A DNA stretch of 64,000 nucleotides from assembly GCA_012729315.1 (NCBI GenBank), contig JAAYDI010000004.1:42239-106238 (forward strand), written 5' to 3'. Below, piece by piece: positions 60,787-64,000 of this stretch. Within the stretch, counting starts at the first letter, position 1. Each line of letters starts with the position of its first letter. The position numbers were made by a program, and so were the translations under genes. Below the pieces are notes generated by a model. The model was not told the origin of the DNA and did not search any database. It worked only from the letters and a program-made list of their open reading frames with translations. Origin of the DNA: Planctomycetaceae bacterium. GTDB taxonomy: Bacteria > Planctomycetota > Planctomycetia > Pirellulales > Pirellulaceae.

Positions 60787-62199
60787 GTGAACATGCACCG
60801 AACGATCTGTGGTCTGGGTTGCGGTATGTGTCTTGTCATCCTGGCAACTGCGTTGCCAGCGGCGGACGATACGGCGCGCATTCAGCCGTACGCGCGGAAT
60901 CCGAGCTATTGGCAGTACAAGGGGCAGCCGGTGTTGCTGCTGGGGGGCAGCAAGGATGACAGTCTGTTTCAGATCCCCGACCTGCGGGAACACCTGGAGG
61001 CGCTCCACGCCGCAGGCGGCAACTACATCCGCAACACGATGAGCGACCGGCCCGACCACGAGTTCGAAGTCTATGCGTTTGGCCAGCTGCCCGACGGGAA
61101 ATACGACCTCCAGCAGTGGAACGACGAGTACTGGCGGCGTTTCGAGAACCTGCTGCAATGGACCAGCGAACTGGACATCATTGTGCAGATTGAGGTCTGG
61201 GATCGGTTCGACTACAGCGACGGCGCCGACAGCCAGCGCTGGCAGAAACACCCGTTCAATCCGGCCAACAACGTCAACTACACGTTCGAGGAATCGGGGT
61301 TCGCGCCCCGGTATCCCAAGCATCCCGGGCAGAACGAACAGCCGTTCTTCTTTACCACACCGGAACAACGCAACAACCAGGTCGTCCTGCCGTATCAGCA
61401 GCGCTTTGTTGACAAGATGCTCTCCTATACGCTGCAGTACGATCACGTACTGTACTGCATGGACAACGAAACGTCTGGCGAAGAAGCCTGGGCCGTGTAC
61501 TGGTCGTCGTATATCACGCGCCGCGCACGGGAAGCGGGTAAACAGGTGTGCGTCACCGAAATGTGGGATGACTGGGATCTGCGGGCCGCACGCCACCGTC
61601 GCACGCTGGACCATCCGGAACGATATCAGTTCGCGGATGTCTCGCAGAACAACCAGATGAAGGGGCAGCAGCACTGGGACAACTTCCAGTGGGTGCGGCG
61701 GCGGGTGGCCGACCACCCGCGCCCGCTCAATACGGTGAAGACCTACGGTGCCGATGGTGGACGGTTCGGCAACACCCGGGACGGGATCGAACGCTGGTGG
61801 CGGCATGTCATCGGCGGCGTTGCCGCGGCACGGTTCCACCGGCCGGATTCCGGGCTGGGGCTATCCGAGCCGGCGTCGGCGTCCATCCGTGCAGCGCGCA
61901 AACTGGAGTCGCTGGTCCGCCTGTGGGATGTCGAGGCGGCCAACGAACTACTGACTGATCGCGAGGAGAATGAAGCGTACCTGGCCGCGCGGCCGGGGGA
62001 CGCCTACGCGCTGTACTTCCCGGACGGCGGCACGGTGCAACTCGACCTCCGCCAGCATGCCGGCCCGTTCCAGGTGCGGTGGATCGACATTGCGACGGGG
62101 GAGTGGGGCCGCACGGAGACGCTGCAGGGCGGTGACCGCATCACGATCTCGGCGCCGGCTCCCGGGCATTGGGTGGCTGCTATCGTTAAGCAGCCGTAG
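60787..62199 (+). CDS. secreted glycoside-hydrolase-like protein (GH5/GH140-like TIM barrel + C-terminal beta-sandwich)
   Basis: Signal peptide. Segments such as [11 protein letters not shown] and [11 protein letters not shown] resemble (beta/alpha)8 clan GH-A. The C-terminal domain is about 100 aa. Confidence 0.5.
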   Translation: MNMHRTICGLGCGMCLVILATALPAADDTARIQPYARNPSYWQYKGQPVLLLGGSKDDSLFQIPDLREHLEALHAAGGNYIRNTMSDRPDHEFEVYAFGQLPDGKYDLQQWNDEYWRRFENLLQWTSELDIIVQIEVWDRFDYSDGADSQRWQKHPFNPANNVNYTFEESGFAPRYPKHPGQNEQPFFFTTPEQRNNQVVLPYQQRFVDKMLSYTLQYDHVLYCMDNETSGEEAWAVYWSSYITRRAREAGKQVCVTEMWDDWDLRAARHRRTLDHPERYQFADVSQNNQMKGQQHWDNFQWVRRRVADHPRPLNTVKTYGADGGRFGNTRDGIERWWRHVIGGVAAARFHRPDSGLGLSEPASASIRAARKLESLVRLWDVEAANELLTDREENEAYLAARPGDAYALYFPDGGTVQLDLRQHAGPFQVRWIDIATGEWGRTETLQGGDRITISAPAPGHWVAAIVKQP

Positions 62200-62298
62200 G
62201 TGATGAGGAATCGGTTCACCTGCGAAACAGACCTCGCAACTGCGAGAACGGCAATCTCGCGGGTTCTTTCACGTTCCCATGTGCTGCCGGGCGTCCGC

Positions 62299-64000
62299 TT
62301 ACTGGGGGACGAACTCGTACACGCGCACATCGGTCGGATCGAGGGTCACGGTCAGCGCCGCGGCACCCTGGTCGAACGTGCCCACCGCGACCGATGCCTG
62401 TTCTTCAATCTGCCGGATGAGACCCTGTTCCGGCAGCGGCCAGGCAGGGCTGGCGAGGGCTATTTTGACGGGCATGGATTCGTTGGTGAGATTGGCCAAT
62501 GCGATGGCGACCGCACCGTCCGCGGCCTGCCACGCGGCGGCCAGGACGGCGGGTACCTTCTTGGTATACTCCTGCACCGCGTCGTGCTGCCCCGCGTAGA
62601 TGCTCAGTCGCGACATGGGAATCGTGACTTCACCAGTGCCGGTCTCGGGTGGCCGCAGGAACACGCCGTCCCGCAGGTACTTGGCGGCGTTGCGGCGCAG
62701 TCTGGCAATCCGGATCAGGAAATCCAGTTCCGCGCGGCGCGACTCCAATTGCTCCGGCAGGAAGTTGGCCAGCGTCGGCTGCTGGCCCCAGACAAAGGCC
62801 CTTCCCTGCTCCAGGCGGAACTGCTGCGCGAACTTCTCGTCCAGCAGTTGCAGTGGCTTGTCCGGAGCATGCTCGGCCGGCCACAGGTCGTCGTAGGGGG
62901 GGCGCGTCAATGACGAGTAGTTGCCGTAGAGCATGGCGCAGTCGTGATAGACGGCTTGGAACATGGGAATCGGATCCCACAGGCCGGGCGCTGCATACCG
63001 CTCCATGCTCACTTGCAGGCTGAGCATCAGGTCCAGATGTGGCAGCCACGCCTCGCCACACCCCTCGCCCGCGAGTGCCACCTGCCGGGTGCTTTCGCAG
63101 CGGTGCCGGATATCAGCCGCCAGGGACTGGAAACCCTGCATCCACCAGGCACCGCCACCCAACGGGTGGCCGTGTGTCGCGTCGTAGCAGGCAAGGCTCT
63201 GGCAGGCCTGATCCATGTAGATGCCGTCGACACCGAGATCGCACACCGCTTCGGTTGCCAGGCCCGCGTACTTGCCGCGCCAGAACTCGGTTCCCATGCA
63301 CATCGATGCGCAGGGTACTTTCATGAACGTGTTGTAGACTTCGGGGGTGACCTGGCCATTCGGGTTCTTGACGGCGAATCGTTCGGCGCCCTCCTCCGTC
63401 CAGCTGCGCGCTGTCATCCCCCACAGCCGCTGGTTCATGTAGACGATACTGTGCAGGCCGCGCTCGTGCGCCGTGCGTACGGCCTCGCGAAATGGGTCGG
63501 TGCCTTCACGCGGTGGCAGGTACTCCGGGAACCCGGCGTCGTAGGGGCAACCGTGCCACCAGTGCCAGAACACCGAGACGGGGACGCCTGCGGCGTCCTG
63601 CAGCGTCGCCGCGGGGGGGAGCACGCCGGGCGAACGCCCCCGGTTCCAGACCCACAGGCCTGTATCCAGCACCCAGGCCGGCGTCAGCCCGCGCCGCAGG
63701 CGGCTCTGGTGCACCCACGACTGCTCCCGCGCCCAGGTCCGGTAGTGTTCCGCCGCCGTGTACCAGTCCCCCTGAAACAGCCGCACGCAGACCGCATAGG
63801 GGGGCGCAAACGAATCGAAACCCCCGGCGTCGGGCGGCACATGCTCCACCTCCACACCCAGACCACCGGCACCATCTCCGAACACGGCGAAGTGCTTGCG
63901 CAGCGCCGCCGTGTCGTCCGTGGCCATCATCAACCCGGGACCCTGCTGGCGATAGAGCGCGAGGCACTGCAACGACAGCAGACCCGGATACGACCACTCG
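62299..64000 (-). CDS. glycoside-hydrolase-like TIM-barrel protein (DUF-type), 5' partial; frame stays open to window end
   Basis: GVDGIYMDQ-type motif and an aromatic-rich barrel. The ORF track's start at 63972 is a TTG, but the frame continues without a stop to nt 64000. Confidence 0.5.
   Translation of the reverse strand, partial: EWSYPGLLSLQCLALYRQQGPGLMMATDDTAALRKHFAVFGDGAGGLGVEVEHVPPDAGGFDSFAPPYAVCVRLFQGDWYTAAEHYRTWAREQSWVHQSRLRRGLTPAWVLDTGLWVWNRGRSPGVLPPAATLQDAAGVPVSVFWHWWHGCPYDAGFPEYLPPREGTDPFREAVRTAHERGLHSIVYMNQRLWGMTARSWTEEGAERFAVKNPNGQVTPEVYNTFMKVPCASMCMGTEFWRGKYAGLATEAVCDLGVDGIYMDQACQSLACYDATHGHPLGGGAWWMQGFQSLAADIRHRCESTRQVALAGEGCGEAWLPHLDLMLSLQVSMERYAAPGLWDPIPMFQAVYHDCAMLYGNYSSLTRPPYDDLWPAEHAPDKPLQLLDEKFAQQFRLEQGRAFVWGQQPTLANFLPEQLESRRAELDFLIRIARLRRNAAKYLRDGVFLRPPETGTGEVTIPMSRLSIYAGQHDAVQEYTKKVPAVLAAAWQAADGAVAIALANLTNESMPVKIALASPAWPLPEQGLIRQIEEQASVAVGTFDQGAAALTVTLDPTDVRVYEFVPQ

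Noticed and set aside
1-64000. Mobile elements, integrases, transposases, phage genes, toxin-antitoxin or restriction-modification modules
   Set aside because: No ORF showed recognisable motifs of these classes. Gene content and uniform GC fit core chromosome, apart from the 700-bp GC-poor intergenic island.

Overview
High-GC (~65%) chromosomal segment with about 50 protein-coding genes and one tRNA on both strands. No rRNA, CRISPR array, transposase or integrase was seen. The organism is most likely a Planctomycete, judged from a DUF1559 protein with a type-IV-pilin-like N-terminus (LVELLVVIAIVAVL), paired ECF sigma/cytoplasmic anti-sigma genes, tandem clpP paralogs, and many Sec/Tat lipoproteins. 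All calls rest on motif recognition by eye; no database search was run.

Housekeeping genes recognised: 2-oxoacid:ferredoxin oxidoreductase korAB, ribBA, hisG/hisI, pepA, trigger factor plus two tandem clpP paralogs, typA/bipA, deoC, msrB, a UbiD-family decarboxylase, SDR and Gfo/Idh/MocA oxidoreductases, a D-2-hydroxyacid dehydrogenase and tRNA-Gly(GCC).

Modules recognised:
- An FHA protein, a Ser/Thr kinase, a membrane protein and an ECF sigma/anti-sigma pair, all on the + strand.
- A seven-gene, translationally coupled operon on the minus strand: MoxR ATPase, DUF58, DUF4350, DUF4129, a membrane protein, a SpoIIM-like protein and an RDD protein.
- An NfeD-like protein followed by a flotillin.
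- A carbohydrate-active region: a DUF1080+GH78 rhamnosidase fusion, a BNR protein and two glycoside-hydrolase-like proteins.

The most unusual locus is at 49.8-56.7 kb:
- A 700-bp GC-poor non-coding stretch.
- A secreted protein made almost entirely of about 19 tandem Cys-containing hexapeptides ((A/K)TTCAP, an 18-bp DNA repeat) with an acidic Ala/Pro/Glu tail.
- A clean intrinsic terminator.
- Two paralogous, translationally coupled membrane proteins of roughly 850-920 aa. Each has an N-terminal polytopic domain and two periplasmic GldG/ThuA/DUF4350-like domains separated by a TM helix.

A second oddity is an in-frame fusion of a prepilin-peptidase-like membrane domain, apparently lacking its catalytic Asp, to a LOG/TIGR00730 nucleotide-hydrolase domain.

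Other notes:
- A G12 homopolymer lies at 1393-1404.
- Several genes carry short in-frame tandem duplications.
- A TlpA-like redoxin has its CxxC motif degenerated to AxxC.
- Small ORFs with good ribosome-binding sites sit near the DUF1559 gene.
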